Source of the DNA: Pelomyxa schiedti
Lineage: Eukaryota; Protista; Evosea
Direction: 5' to 3'
Assembly: GCA_020536535.1 (NCBI GenBank)
Contig: JAHLWZ010000893.1
Coordinates: 1 to 57,526, forward strand
Length of the DNA: 57,526 bases
A model generated the notes under the pieces. That model worked only from the letters and a program-made list of their open reading frames with translations. It had not been told where the DNA came from and ran no database searches. Made by a program: the position numbers and the translations under genes. Shown here one piece after another: positions 40,225-53,418 of the stretch (its first letter is position 1; each line of letters starts with the position of its first letter).

Positions 40225-40479
40225 GTGCGTATTTCTCGCTGTCGTGTCCGTGCTGTAGTACACAAGATCTGTGTTTGTTTTGTGTTTGTGTGTTGGGAGG
40301 CGTGCAGGCCTGCCTTCGTGTCTGGACTTTCTTTTTATTTTATGTTTTGTCTCGAGTTTCGTGCATGTCCTTAAAAAAGCTTTCGCTTTTCAGAAGAAAC
40401 CGATTCGGGAAGGCGACACTTTCTCCTTCACAGTAGAAACATCGATGTTTGATATCAGGTTTTTATTTCATCGCCAAAC

Positions 40480-43400
40480 TTCAAAGACGCTCAGGAAGGT
40501 TGGTACAACCGTTTGTTCAATGTTTGATCGGGGAAGAGGAAAAAAAAAAGCCAAAGGTGCAAATCAACCTGAAGGTCTTTGACCTTCCCGTTTGTTGGAC
40601 TGAAGTCGTCATTTAAACTCTCCATTTTTTTACTGCACCTTTGGTAAAAAGTGCCAGGTGCTTTTTCTGGAAATGCGCATGGGTGCTGCTTCCTGTGGCT
40701 CCCTGAATGCGAGAGTGCCTCGAAAATTTTTGTAACTAGTTGAACAACACTGGCTATTGAGTTGAGAACCTGAGTAGAGTGTTTTAGTGCCTCTAGGGAT
40801 TTTCTTCAACTTCAGGTTTTCCTATTCTTTGGGTGAGTTTTTCCTGGATTGTTGGGAACAAGTACGCCATACCACACAAATTGTATGCACCAACTTTTAT
40901 TTCTGGAAACATGGTAGTATACAACAAAATACTGGAGGCAAGATTAGTGGTGATGCAGGCGTTCTGGATTGACACACTTTGAAACAGAAATCACAGTATT
41001 AATATACAAACCAGACAATGGTATTTTCTTTACTGGTGTAAGTGTATGGGGATTCCAGCCTATTATTAGTCCTTCACTGTCTGAAGACCAAATGTAACTT
41101 GTACAAAGTGACAAGGGGATACAAAAAAAGAGTTACTGTACCCTAGAGCCATGCACAAAGAACACACCTCCCCGTTGTGTCCAATAAGTGTTTGGGTGCA
41201 ATTCTGTGGCCATTTGTTAAATAAATTTTATGCGTTTTGTTGTTTTCAAAATAGGAAGTTCCATTTACCATATATTCACAATTATAGATTCGAATTAAAT
41301 TTTGAAGACCAAACCAAGCTGAATCTTCACATACAATGGCACAGCTGTGCCTATGTGCCGGGATACCTGTTTTTTTTTTTTTTAAAAAAAAAAGTAAAGT
41401 TTTGTATTGTAACCTCTTGTTATTACTCTCCTTGTTTCCATTGAAGAGGAATCTATGACAATAATTTTTCCATAGCAGCCCAGCCAAACTGCCGACTTGT
41501 ACTGGCAAATACACCCCATTTGGAGTTTATCACCAACATAAACTTTATTGCAGACCTCTTTTGTCTACATGGATGAGTGGAAAACAGAACACGTTGTACT
41601 GAACCTGTGGATTGATTGTCACAACTGTCTCCTCTGTTGCCGAAACAGACCAAATCGATTTTGTTACGTTAGTGCAATCGACTATATTAATAAGTTTCGC
41701 AATGTAATGGGCCTCGCCATGTGCTGGTACTTCGCATTTGACAGTGGATGTCTGTAGTGAGGATTAATCACTGCTTAGGAAGTAGGGCATACCAATGGAT
41801 CGAAAACGACAATTCTTCCATATGCCGTCCCAACCCACAATTCCCCGTTAACAAGCAATAAACTATAGATCCTTGAAGGTCTGCTGATCGGCATAGGCGT
41901 TCCAACAAATGAGCCCAGGTTAGGCGAAATTTGTCGGACAACACCATCTGAACAAGCTGCCTTTGTAGGTTTTATTTTCCCTTCAGTTAACTTGGGTAAG
42001 ACATACAAATACAGAGCAGGCTTTCGGGTCAGCATCAGCACAATAAATCTTGAAGCCAAGGTCAGGGCAGAACTGCCAAAGAGGAGGTATCTCTTCAGGT
42101 AGGGGAGGTAATTCTGTGATAGAAATAAGCAAGAGAACTAACTGTATTGACACTGAACCTCTTGGGGGTGTGACAACGGATTGTGTTGCTATTCCCAGAA
42201 TAGATTTGAGGATAGAAACTGAACTTTTTGCATTCGGTCTGGCGCTTGGATTGCGGACCAAACAACTTTCAACAAACTGTTTTAGTTCTCTATGCCTACA
42301 GTAAATACCATTTTGAGTGTGGATTGTTGCTTACAATGGACAATACAGAGGTACAGTTGGTCTCAAACCCTCCTGCACAATGTCATTTTTAATGCTCTGT
42401 GATCTCCATTCCAAGTTAGAACCACGTCTCAGAGAGTACTTCTCCATCTCCGCGTACTCTTCAAGTAATGAGGTTGGGAAAAAAAAAAAAGAAAAGAAAA
42501 GAAAGGAAGAAACCGTCATAGGGGAACTTTCGTGTAATCAACTCATAAATTACAATCTAAGTCGAGATGTCAGTCAATTAACCCATTCTCCAAAGACGTG
42601 ACATACCCCCAAGCTAAAAATGTCTGATTGCTCGTCATAAGTGTCACTATTCGAGCTGATCACTTCAGGTGCAAGCCACTAGTTTTGTTAAAGAAATAAG
42701 AAGAAATACGAGAACGGAAAGCACACTTGCCAAGTACTCAAATTTCCACAAACCTTGCCTGCCACAGTGATACTTAGTCCAACTTAGTGGGGTTAAGTCT
42801 GTTGAAGATAAAACGAGCTCATACAATCTGCGACTTTGGCTCGTACAGGAGCAGCAGGGTCAAGGGACGCAATCTTGAAATGGAGGTAGGCTATAGGAAA
42901 AGGAGGGAAAAAAAGGCATACAAATATATTTGGACTTCGAAGGTCCCTGTGACAAGTGAGATTAAAGATCTATTTTTAGAAGGTACCTATGAATAATCGG
43001 GGGGTGCAATGTGTGAAGATACATTAGTCCTTGTGCAACATCGAGAGCAATCAATATTCGTAGGTACCAACTGGGAATGTTAGCAGCAAAAAATCATAGC
43101 TGTTACAGACTTTATTTTGTAGTAGTAGTTAGCATCCTCAATGGGATATGCCTGTAGTAGAGCTCCAGTGGGGACTGCTAAGTAGAGCGTAAGGGATGGA
43201 ATGTTTTGTGGACATTTGGGCAACCTGATGATGGGCATGTCTTGTGAAGAATTTTCATTAAATCTCCTTGTGGAACAAACTCCATTACCATCATTGGTGG
43301 TCTATCTTCAGGATTGCTTATCCCAAACAATTTAACAACAAAAGGCGAGTTCAGTGTACTAATAACAGGTGAACTGGTGAACTTCCTTCAATGGAGGATA

Positions 43401-46400
43401 TGAACCTCATAAGTGACACTTCTCTTTTGAAATCCATAAGCTTTTCTAAAGCTTCTTCTGAATCAGTGGAAACAAATAATTCTTTCACAGCAACTTCTTT
43501 ACCATCCCATGTTGCTTTGTAAATTTTGCCAAAACCACCTGAAATTCATTGTGAGCTCTGAGTGACAAGTTCGCTGAAACCTTGTCCAATTTGGACCAAG
43601 CCAGAAAGTTCACTTTCTTGTATTTGTGAGAAGTGTTGAAACATCAAATCTGGGACGAGAGCATGTGGCCTTACGTTAATTTTTTCCACCTTTTGGAAGG
43701 AAGAATAAGGAAGTTGAAGTTTAAAAACCAAACACACCTCACAAAACAGTGTGTTTCTCTGTTTCAAGGCAGAAAAGATTTCATCAAGGCGGAAGCGGTG
43801 TGGTAATGGTGCAGATGGTGATCCTGAAGGGTCAACACAATGTGGGCATGTGACATATTGTTTTATGTCCAATGATAATCCCCTGCAGAATTATTAATTA
43901 TCTCTGCGGGTCATTGCTTAGTATACTTATAGAAGCAATCAATTGTGGAGTCCACAGCCTCAATTATTTTAAGGAGCAAAAACTGGTTCTGATCCATAGG
44001 ATACAAATTAATAAAGCCAAGAAAAACTAGGAAAGAATACCGAATTGGCTGGTGCTCTAACGGATATTGTCAAAAATGGGGTCAGCCCAGACGATGAATC
44101 AAATACAACAGATGCAAATTGGGTCCTTGCATCTGATAGATAAAATTCTCAATAGACCAGACTCAAGTTAATCATACCTGCCTCAGGCAGCACCTCCATT
44201 TTAAGATTGTCCTTCCAAAATGTGTACTTGACAATATTGGGTATGTGCATAATTCGCACCAAAACACGTCCAAATAAGCCTATTGGCAGGCAAGGGAAAG
44301 AAAAAACCCTCTCTTAAGAGGAAAATGTTATTAAGGGGTAATTTAAATTACCTAAAATACCTTGAGTTCTGTATTCCCGTGTTTCTGGAGGATCAGGGTT
44401 TTCTGAATCAGGAGGTGCCTTTTCAGGCAATGCACTATGGAAGGGTAGGCAATATTGAACAATTTTGCACAAGAAAGAGAGAACTTACCAGGGAACAAGA
44501 TAACCATCTTTTCGGTTGATCGTGATTGGATGGAGAATCAGGAAAAGTGAAAGCAGTTCAGCAATCATGGAATGCGATTTAAGGTCGTACATATGCCATA
44601 GTTGAAGGAGGGCTTCTTTGGAAATGAAACCGTTGTTTATCATATTGGTTTTAAATGTTATAGTTGTGGACATCACATCTACCGTTGATGAGAACAAGAC
44701 AAGTAATCATCACTGTAATTACAAACCTGCAAGAAATTTTGGGTGCAGTACCACATAATCACCAAGTTGAGAATGTGCTGCTTCATAGTAAAGTATAGAG
44801 CCAACTCCATGTAGAAACAGTGCAACCTTTTTCATTCGTTTCCAGTTAAGTCACATGTTATTTCTACCTCTTTAATCTTGTCATCTTCTATATTAACAGT
44901 TCTCCCCCATTTTTGGAACTCATCCCAGTGCACAATTTGCATTGTCTTGCGGTTTTCTGTAATAATTTCATCCAACAAAATGTAGTTCCCTGGTACCTTA
45001 GGAAAATGAGTGTTTTAGTATTGTTGCAACCTTTTACTCTGGTTCTCAATAGTGACTGTTTCTGCATGGCGATTTGTACAATCGATTCCTCAAGCTCGTT
45101 TAAGTCACCATCCTTGGCAGCAATAGGAACAGCAGCAGCAATGAGGCATATAGATCGGAATTGGGCACACATTGCAGCACAAATCTCACGACCTTTCTCA
45201 GCATTTGGCAGTTTGTCAGCGCGTGTTCCAACAAGTATGATTGGAGGAAAAGGAGCAGATCGTACAGTTCGCATTATTTGTCTGAACGAGGATGACTTTT
45301 TCACGAACTTTTTTAATTTGCGGAAACCTCAGCCAGTATTCTGTCCGCTGAGAATTTGGGTTATGTAAATCAAATAATACAAGATAAAGAGCTCTTCCAG
45401 TCAGGAAAAACTGTTACGAATTAACGTTTATGTATAATGATGTGAAGTACCTGGTGGGTCGGAAGGAAAACTGCCTGTTGGGAGATGTCATAATTTGTAA
45501 TTAGAATTTGTGGATATTACCTGGCCTCCAAAATCTAAATACAGTGAGAGAGAAATAGTGATGGAGAGGGTGGTACCCCAAACAGTGAAATCAATGTTCC
45601 TCAGCTGAAACTCTTGAATATCAATTCCATCTTTGTTTATTAAGTGAAAGGAGGAAACTAAACGTTATACCAGTGGACATCCCATCATGCGTTCTTCCTT
45701 GGAATCGATGTAGAAGGGTGGTTTTACCTACATTTTCTGGTCCAACAAGAACAACTTTCACTCGGGGCCATCTGGTGAAACCGGACTTCGCACACATGTC
45801 CAAGTAGAGTAAAACGTCAGGGGTGTTGGTGGCATTGCATGGGATACCAGTGAGGGGATTGGGTAGAAAAGTGATTCTTTTAGTTTTGATGTGTTGGACC
45901 AGGGAATGGGGTAAGGTAACCAGCTAGTTGCAGTCCAGTCAGCAAATAAGAAGTAGAGGTAAAGCTTACACTATTGTACCCACAACGCAAGGTCATCTGC
46001 AAGCAATCTCCAATGCCTTCTGGTAGCTCAGTGAGGTCGTTGTGTTCAATCTGTTTTTACTTGTTGAGAGATTGAATATTAAAGTCGTTTATGAGTGTAG
46101 TTTCGCGGGAGTTATGTATTAGAAGAAGTGTAGAACATTCAATTCTTGAAGCTTGATGCAATTACTTATCCACTCTGGGAGTGATGTCAGTAAGTTCCCT
46201 TTAATTAATGTGAGAATTCGCAAGTGTTTTTGGGAAGGTACAAGCTATGTTCAAAATTGATAAATTCTTCAGTTGAGTAATAACGGGGGGAAGTTGTGTC
46301 AAGGAATTGTGAGAAATGTTCAAGCAAGTCAGAGAAGAGCTGAGTATCCCAAGGGATTTCTCGACTTGAGCTATATAATGAAGCTTACTACAGTTTTGAA

Positions 46401-48257
46401 AACCAAAGGAAAATGAAAACCTGGAATTGTTACAAGAAACAGATTTTGCAATGATACCGCCAGGGTCGTTGATGTTAGTGGAAAATCCGGAACAGACCCT
46501 TGGAGGTGAAAATTACCAAATGAAAGTATATTAAGTCGGCATTACTTTCTGAGATCTTTGGGGGTAGAGATTTCAATATCTCGTCAAACATCAGTCGATA
46601 CAAGGGATGCACTTGGTCTAACCAGGATGCTTGCTGTTTTGGGAAATGAGCCATCAAACTGGTAAAACACTTGTCATCATGTATGAATAGCAGCTTTTTT
46701 TCTTTGTGCCTGGATCAAAAAAAAAAAAAAAAAAAAAAAGTGGGCAGATACTGCCAGAATTTCCACACAGAAGCATATCAGCCAAAGTTATATTGGGTGA
46801 TTCCAAGATGCAGTGTAAAAGTTTATCTAGTTGCTCCTCATCTTGATTTCTTCGTATATTTGTGCAAAACTTCTCAATTTGGTCAAAGGGAAGATATTCT
46901 GGTGCATCAGGCAAAGTATCTCTCCAAGTTTTACCCCTGTTTTCCTTGTTAGATACGTAATTGTGCAAGTTCACTAGTTGTCTCACTTTCTTTTCGTCAG
47001 TCTCCTGGCCACAATTTCCTCAAAAAATGCTTTGACACATGACTTGTTGGAGGCATCAACATTTCTTACCATCCAACAGGCATCTTTATCTTTGAATTTT
47101 GACAGGAGACCAAAAACTTCACTGCCGGGGATTCCTCTACTTTCAGGAGGTGAATCAGTCTCTATGTCACTCAAGAGAGCAGTTGTGTGGTCAATCAGGC
47201 AAAGAACAAGTTTGCCTTTGCAAAATTTGTGTATTGTCATCATATATTCTTCCAGTTTGGCAAATCCACTATGATCAACAAGACTCTGTACATAGATAAC
47301 AATGTTTGCATCACTGGTTGTAGGAGAAGATGATGTCAGGTCTGAAATAGTTCCACTTGGCTGATGCGCAACAGTTACAAGAACAGACTTGTTGTTTATG
47401 GTCACAGTTTTCGTTGTGGGGGCATAATCTGTGTTTATTTGATTAATTTTGTCTTCTTCTTGTCGAGTTTTTGAGTGCTTTTTGAGTTGCTAACTGGTGA
47501 TTGTGTGGTTCACATTCAAAGAGATATGGGAAAAACCATGATCATGGGAAGGCAGGAATACTCCGGCGGTGAAGTGAGAAGCAAAAACTTTAGCAAAACA
47601 ATCCACTGGGCCAGTGACCACCATTTTCATGGACACAACTTCCCCTGAAATGCCAGAATTGACCAAAGAAGGATTGACCGTGGTTGCTGAAGTAGGGGAA
47701 TTCACTACATCCTTTTTTGACCTTGAGCGAAGTGTTGCAAAGGCTTCATTCCTCCAACCCCTTCTAGGGGTGGTAGGTGATGGTGTGTGAAGAGATATTG
47801 GTGGTGAAGGTGACGAAACAGGTGGCACAAGGGGAGTGGACGGTGAAGGTGACGACACAGGTTGGACAAGGGGAGAGGGTGGCGAGCTCTTGGTGTCAGT
47901 TGAGGAAGTGTTTGTAGTGGAACTAGAATTTGTAGTACTAGTGGTTGTGGTAGTTGTAGATGCAGTTGCAATTATTCCAGTTGACGTGAATACAAGTGGT
48001 GTTGTTGTTATCATAGACACTGGGCGATGTGCATTAGGCTACAAACTGTGCCTTAAAAAAAACAAAAAAGTACGAAAATGAAACGAGTTACCGCTCCTTT
48101 TTGTCCCATAACCAGACCCTTGGCTCACAGTAAACAATTAAGAAAAGTAATAGCGACAAGAATCGAGTGCACGACAAACCTCCACTCTTCTTTCCATTAC
48201 AGGCCTCACTGACAAGGTGAAAGATCTAGATCTACTCGTGTTGTTGCTGTCTGCCAT
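40480..48257 (-). CDS. Roco-family kinase (Ras-like region-LRR-Roc-COR-TKL kinase-WD40-like), many introns
   Basis: Roc: KVVLVGPENVGKTT, STDGIDI, W|DFGGQ|...THQ|FFLT, PIILVGTRADK. COR: FPCLPIGLFGRVLVR. Kinase: IGQ|GGFGKIYKA...VAVK, H|RDLRSPN, KVADF|GLS, WLAPE, SDIFSLG. LRRs lie at about 45.9-46.5 kb. The 3' end is approximate. Confidence 0.92.
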
Positions 48258-48495
48258 CGTCTCGTGGTCGATTTTATTTTTTTTTTGCTTTTCGTTTTTC
48301 ACCGCAAAGAGTAGGTACGAGATACTAAGAGATTTAAAATCTCATCTGGACAAATGAGGGGACAGTGCACAAAAAGAGCTTCTTGTACTCAAAAACTTTT
48401 TTCTAATTGTTTTTCCTATTACTATGTTTAAAACATTTGGACTTTGACAAGGGGTTTGGTGTATGCTACCCAGTCCTCAATTCGTTGTTTTCCCT

Positions 48496-49332
48496 TTATT
48501 TAGTTAGTATTAAATTAAGAGTTCTGCAAGCAAGGCGCACTGCTTCAGATAGCAAGTTTTCACCAAGATTGATACGCTGGAGGCTGGGTATATTCAAAGC
48601 TTTTACTACCTAAAGTGCGTGAATACTTTAAGTTTGATCGTTTGGAACGCACTATTTCAAAGGCGGTGTGATCTTCAATTCTATTCTTCCACAGGTTGAG
48701 ATTTATAAGTGAAGTATTTTCACTTAGAGAGGTCATTAAGGCCATAGCTGCGTTCAAATCCATTACATAGCCTAAATGACATTCAATATCAACGGAATGG
48801 ACAAGAGAATTTACCTGTTATTTTAAGTGTCTTTAAGGAAGTGCTACGCCTAACCATCAATCCAAGAGCAGTAAATCCAACGGAGCCCAATGTGATAGTG
48901 GTTTCTCGCATCTCAGAAGAACTGGGTGTAGAGATTGTCAAGTCCTGTAGAGTGTGGCTTAGGTAAAAAAAAAAAAAGGTAATTTCTTAATAATAAAGTG
49001 TTAGAGATCTCAAATTTTCTCACCTGTACTATTCTGTCATGTGCAAAAGCCTGAGCAAAGTGTATGGCACCCTGGTCTCCCGAAATCTTTTTGTTTTGGG
49101 TTAAAAAAGAAAAAGATAAAAACCGTAGGTTCGTGCAAAACAAAACAAAACAGGGAAAAAAAAAGAAAAAGGAGCCAGCACGGGCACGTGCCTTGACGAT
49201 TTTCTTGTCGAAAGATGGAGATTGCTCGACGTATAACTCAGGGTGGCTTGTTAGGGATGTCTTTTCAGCGGGGTCAATGTCAACACTCTCGCCTGGCTGA
49301 CTGAACAAAAATGTGTTTATTGAGCTTGTCAT
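48496..49332 (-). CDS. RNI-like leucine-rich repeat protein, spliced
   Basis: ISGDQGAIHFAQAF, TSLKTLKI, SLSENTSLINLNLWKNRIED and SLQRINLGENLL. The start codon is uncertain. Confidence 0.65.
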
Positions 49333-49717
49333 GTGTTCGTTTTTCGTTCGTTTGTTGTAGTTGTATGCTCTATCTATCTCTTCTTGTTGTTTAGGAAATC
49401 GAATCGGTTGAACGCTAGTTTTCTGAAGCTCGTTCAATGATTCTCGGTCATCACAATAAGAGGCCCCAGATGCTTCCAGAAAGATCACCAACTCCTTCTT
49501 TCAATCTCCCCTTCTCCACCTGTTTCAATCACTGATCACTCTCCTGAGGACTTGAAGCACCGCCATCTCAACGTCACTCGTCGATGAGTCAGAGAAAGTA
49601 CCTCCTGCACCTTCTCGCGGTTGAAGAAACCTTCCGTATATGAGGCGGGACCTTCATTTATAAACTGGAAATATCGTTCGCCATCGCCAAAAAAAAAAAA
49701 AGAAGTTCCAACTCAAC

Positions 49718-50573
49718 ATGAACTGTTTCTTCCTCGTTTTCCTCTGCCTCTTTGCCGCCGTTGCGCACGCCGCGACCGGCGTCGACGTGTCGCAATTGTA
49801 CTCGTCTAGCTCGTGGAGTTGCGTAGTGGGCTACGGATATATATTCGCAATTCCCCGGTGCTATCAGAGCACAGGAAACGTGGACTCCAATTGCGCTAGC
49901 TCGGTCAAGAACGCATGGGCAGGTGGCATGAAGGTTAGTGTATTTTTTTTTTTTTTTTCACTGTTTGAATTATCTGAGCCTTCAGCTAGAACGTTGATGT
50001 ATATATGTTCCCTTGCCCGACCTGCTCAAAGTCTGCAGCCGATCAAGTAACAGAACTCAATAATTACCTGAAATCAAACAACGTGACCGTAAGTTCCCGT
50101 CCTGCTTGCTTCACAACAAAACCTCATCTCTGGTAGTACGGCATGGTCTGGTTTGATATTGAGGGAACACAATACTGGTCCAGCTCATACACAACAAACC
50201 AGAATTTCTTCACCGGTCTTGTATCCCAGGCCAAGGCTGTAGGGTGGAGCTTCGGTGTATACACCAACGTGAACCAATGGGAGCCAATTATGGGGTTAGT
50301 TTCCATCCCTCACTGATGATGACTTTGTACTTACTTGTTCTCCATTTCTAGCTCGAGCTATACCGGAGGTTCTGCCTACCAGGTCTGAACTTTTTAAATT
50401 TTTTTCCTATTTTTCCAACATTTTTCCAGTTGTGGTGGTGCTACTGGGACGACACATGGGACCCCTGCCGGACAAATTTCAAGGCATTCAATGGTTGGAC
50501 TTCTTGTGCTATCAAGCAGTATGAGGGTGACACCAGCTTCTGCTCCATGAGTGTCGACAAGAACTGCTATTAG
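49718..50573 (+). CDS. Secreted GH25 lysozyme (protist/nematode type), 4 introns
   Basis: Signal peptide MNCFFLVFLCLFAAVAHA, then GVDVSQ, FAIPRCYQSTG.VD, NAWAGGMK|NVDVYMFPC, catalytic VWFDIE, GVYT, and FNGWT..AIKQY. Confidence 0.93.
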
Positions 50574-50643
50574 TAATAGAAGAAACACGTTTGAAAGAAG
50601 CAGAATAATTTTTTTTTGGTTTTGAGTTCCACAATTATTTTGT

Positions 50644-53232
50644 CTAGAGAATGCAGCAAGGACCTCTGCGTTGTTTTTTGGTTTTACTTGCGGGTGTGTG
50701 CTTCCTCATAAGGCGAACAAGGGTATTGAAGGTATCTATGATATTTGTGTGTGTCTTTGCGGAAACAGTCATATAAGGTACACCCAGTTTCTCTCCAAGT
50801 TGTTGCCCTTCGGCAAGTGTCACCTGGAAAAGAGGTAGTTAGGACTAAATGGTATGATGGAAGTGGCTGTCCCTACTTGGTACGAATTGACGAGGTCAGC
50901 TTTATTTCCAACAATAACAGTGGGGAATACTTCGTCCTTCACTTCAAGAAGGTGTTGGTGTAGGCGTTGAACCTCTGTGAAACTATTGCGGGCCGTGAGG
51001 GAAAATACAATAAGGAAGCCGTCTCCATAACGCATGTATTGATCGCGCATGGCGGAGTACCTTTAACGAATGTAAGAGGGTTAAGGTCATCTGGGAGCTT
51101 ACTCTTCCTGGCCAGCAGTATCCATAATTGATAAGACTACCGGAAGATCATCAACAGTGACTTGTTTCCTATAAGAGTCCTCGATAGTTGGATCATATTC
51201 GGCTATACTCTTAGTGAGAAATGATAATGAGAAAGAAGAGGAAGTACCAATAAAATGATTTTGGACGAAGGATATTGTTACTGCTGATTTCCCAACACCA
51301 CCACCTCCAATGACAACGACTTTATAAGAGTTCGCCCCACTTGCTTGAGTGAGCATTGCTTGTCGTTCTTCAGGTTTCATGGGAACTTTAGCCGACCTTC
51401 TGTTTTGCTTTAGATCGGGGGTAGGATTGGCCGGTGTGGCGGTGGATTGTGGAGCTGAAGTGGGAGTAGGACTGGTACTAGGAGTTGGGGTAGGGCCAGG
51501 AGTTACAGTACTTGACACTGGCGTAGTAGCGGCTTGAGGTTGTGCTTGAGTCTGCTGTGGTTGAATTGAAGCTTGAGGTTGGGGCTGCACTTGAGCTTGG
51601 GGTTGCGCTTGAACCTGAGAAGCCGGTGGTGCAACTGGCTGGGCTGCTGGTTGTGGTTTGGCAGTTTGGGAAGGCTGAGCCGCCCCAGCACCCGGCGGAG
51701 CAATATATGAGCTTGCCAATGGACCAAGCTCTGAGCGAGTGTACTCCAACATGTTAAGGTAGTCATTATCTTCAGCAGAAAAGACCTACAAAAAAAGGTA
51801 TTAGGACATTAATATGAGAAACCCACTATATAGGTTTATAAAGTGGTGTACCCCTTCTTCCGGCTGAGTGGAACGGTCACTAGGTGAAGGGGCTTCCGTT
51901 GCCCACTCTGGGAGGGATGTGTTGCTCTCATAATCGAAGGGAGAAGGTGCTTCTTCACTTATCAAAACCATTAAGGCTGCGATCTCGCCCGATTGGGTTT
52001 CATCTGTTGCAGAGGGCATGACTGCATCAACTGGCGCAGTTTCAGTACAAAAGATTGTTCCTACTGTGGGGGTAATCTCTGGTTCCGGAACCGGTTCTGG
52101 AGCTTCTTCAAGGGTAGATTCAGGCGGAATATCATATGTGACTTCAGTAGTAACTCCTTCGCAGGAAGGTACTGAGGATACTGGGGGAGCTCCTGTCGGT
52201 GATGAAATTGATGCAGCTGTTTGAAGTGTTGCAGGTTCAGGTAAGGGTACAATCTCGACAAATCCCAGAGGCATGAAGCCAACCTTGGAAGGATCATCCT
52301 TAGAGAAACCTTCCACCCAGTCCCCAGGGTACAGATTGAGCAGGTAAACTTGGTCATCCTTACGCAACTGCAAGCAGTCGGCATTGCTCTCTCCTAAAAA
52401 GAGGTGGTAAGATTCAAGGTTGTTTTTCTGAATAAATCTACCTTCGAAATCAAACATGGCCATTGCTTCGAGCTTGAAAGGGCAACTGTTGATTTCAGGT
52501 GACACCATAGGTTGATCTTTACTCGAACAGACATAAGAGGCATTCTGAATCATAGTACGCATCACCCATATACAAGAAGGGCTCACGGGGCTGTTTGGAA
52601 TCAGCTCCAACGTAGGCCGCAAGAACAGGTCTGAAAATGTATTCGCAAGCTGGGCCGGAGGGAACCCAGTAGCACATAAGAATTCCACAATCCTAGTAAC
52701 CATACAAGTGCATGTTGGGGGCAACATGTGCACCATAATACGAAGCATGGCCAGGGCCGGGACTTCGCCGCCGCCCATGCCAACCTCGGCAACTTTCTCG
52801 AAAGTCCAGTAGAACTTTGGGGGGATCAATGGGTGGGGAAGGGCTTTGAGGTACATCATAAGCAGAGAGGCAAGGACGCGGGGATTGGTTTCCGGCGTTA
52901 TGGGAGTCTCGTTTGGGTCGACTGGTGCCCCGCCGGCTGACTTGGCTGCCCAGGCGTCCCATTTCGCCCTTAGCGACGTAACTGCTGGCTCAGTTATGGG
53001 AAGAGTAAACAGGTCTTCAGGTGGTGGCAGTACGAATGATAGTACAGATAACACGTTATCCACTGGAAATAGGGGAAAAAAGTTAGGGAAAAAGCGAATT
53101 TGGAAAAAAAAGTACCTAAAAGGGGTATCGCAGCCCCTGGGAGTACAGCGTTTGCCTGCACAACAAAAAAAGTAAGAGGGAAAGCCGATACGAACCAACA
53201 AATACCAATGGCAGTCCGAACACAGATTCCAT
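50644..53232 (-). CDS. RhoGAP-like + SH3 + C-terminal Ras GTPase fusion with CAAX
   Basis: RhoGAP: VFGLPL...IPLLV...EDLFT...[18 protein letters not shown]...[14 protein letters not shown]3: AMFDFE|GE...LQLRKDD...GDWVEG...GFMPLGFVE. Ras: [31 protein letters not shown], ending CCIL*. Confidence 0.85.
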
Positions 53233-53418
53233 GCTTTGTTTTTACAAGTCTTTAAGAGTGTGTGCTGGCGTTGGTTGTTTTCAAATGTTTTTTGTGTTGT
53301 TTGTTCCTGAGGTTTTTTTTTTTTTTTTAAAAACGGGCATTCTTTGAATAGATTTTACGGGTATTGATGAGATCGGGAGTACGTGAGTTCGGTTCCCAGA
53401 GAGTGCAAGTGCTGGTTA

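Noticed and set aside
46700-46752. U12-type (minor) intron suggested by a GTATCT donor
   Set aside because: It lacks the full RTATCCTT donor and the CCTTAAC branch site, and fits the general degenerate major-class donors.
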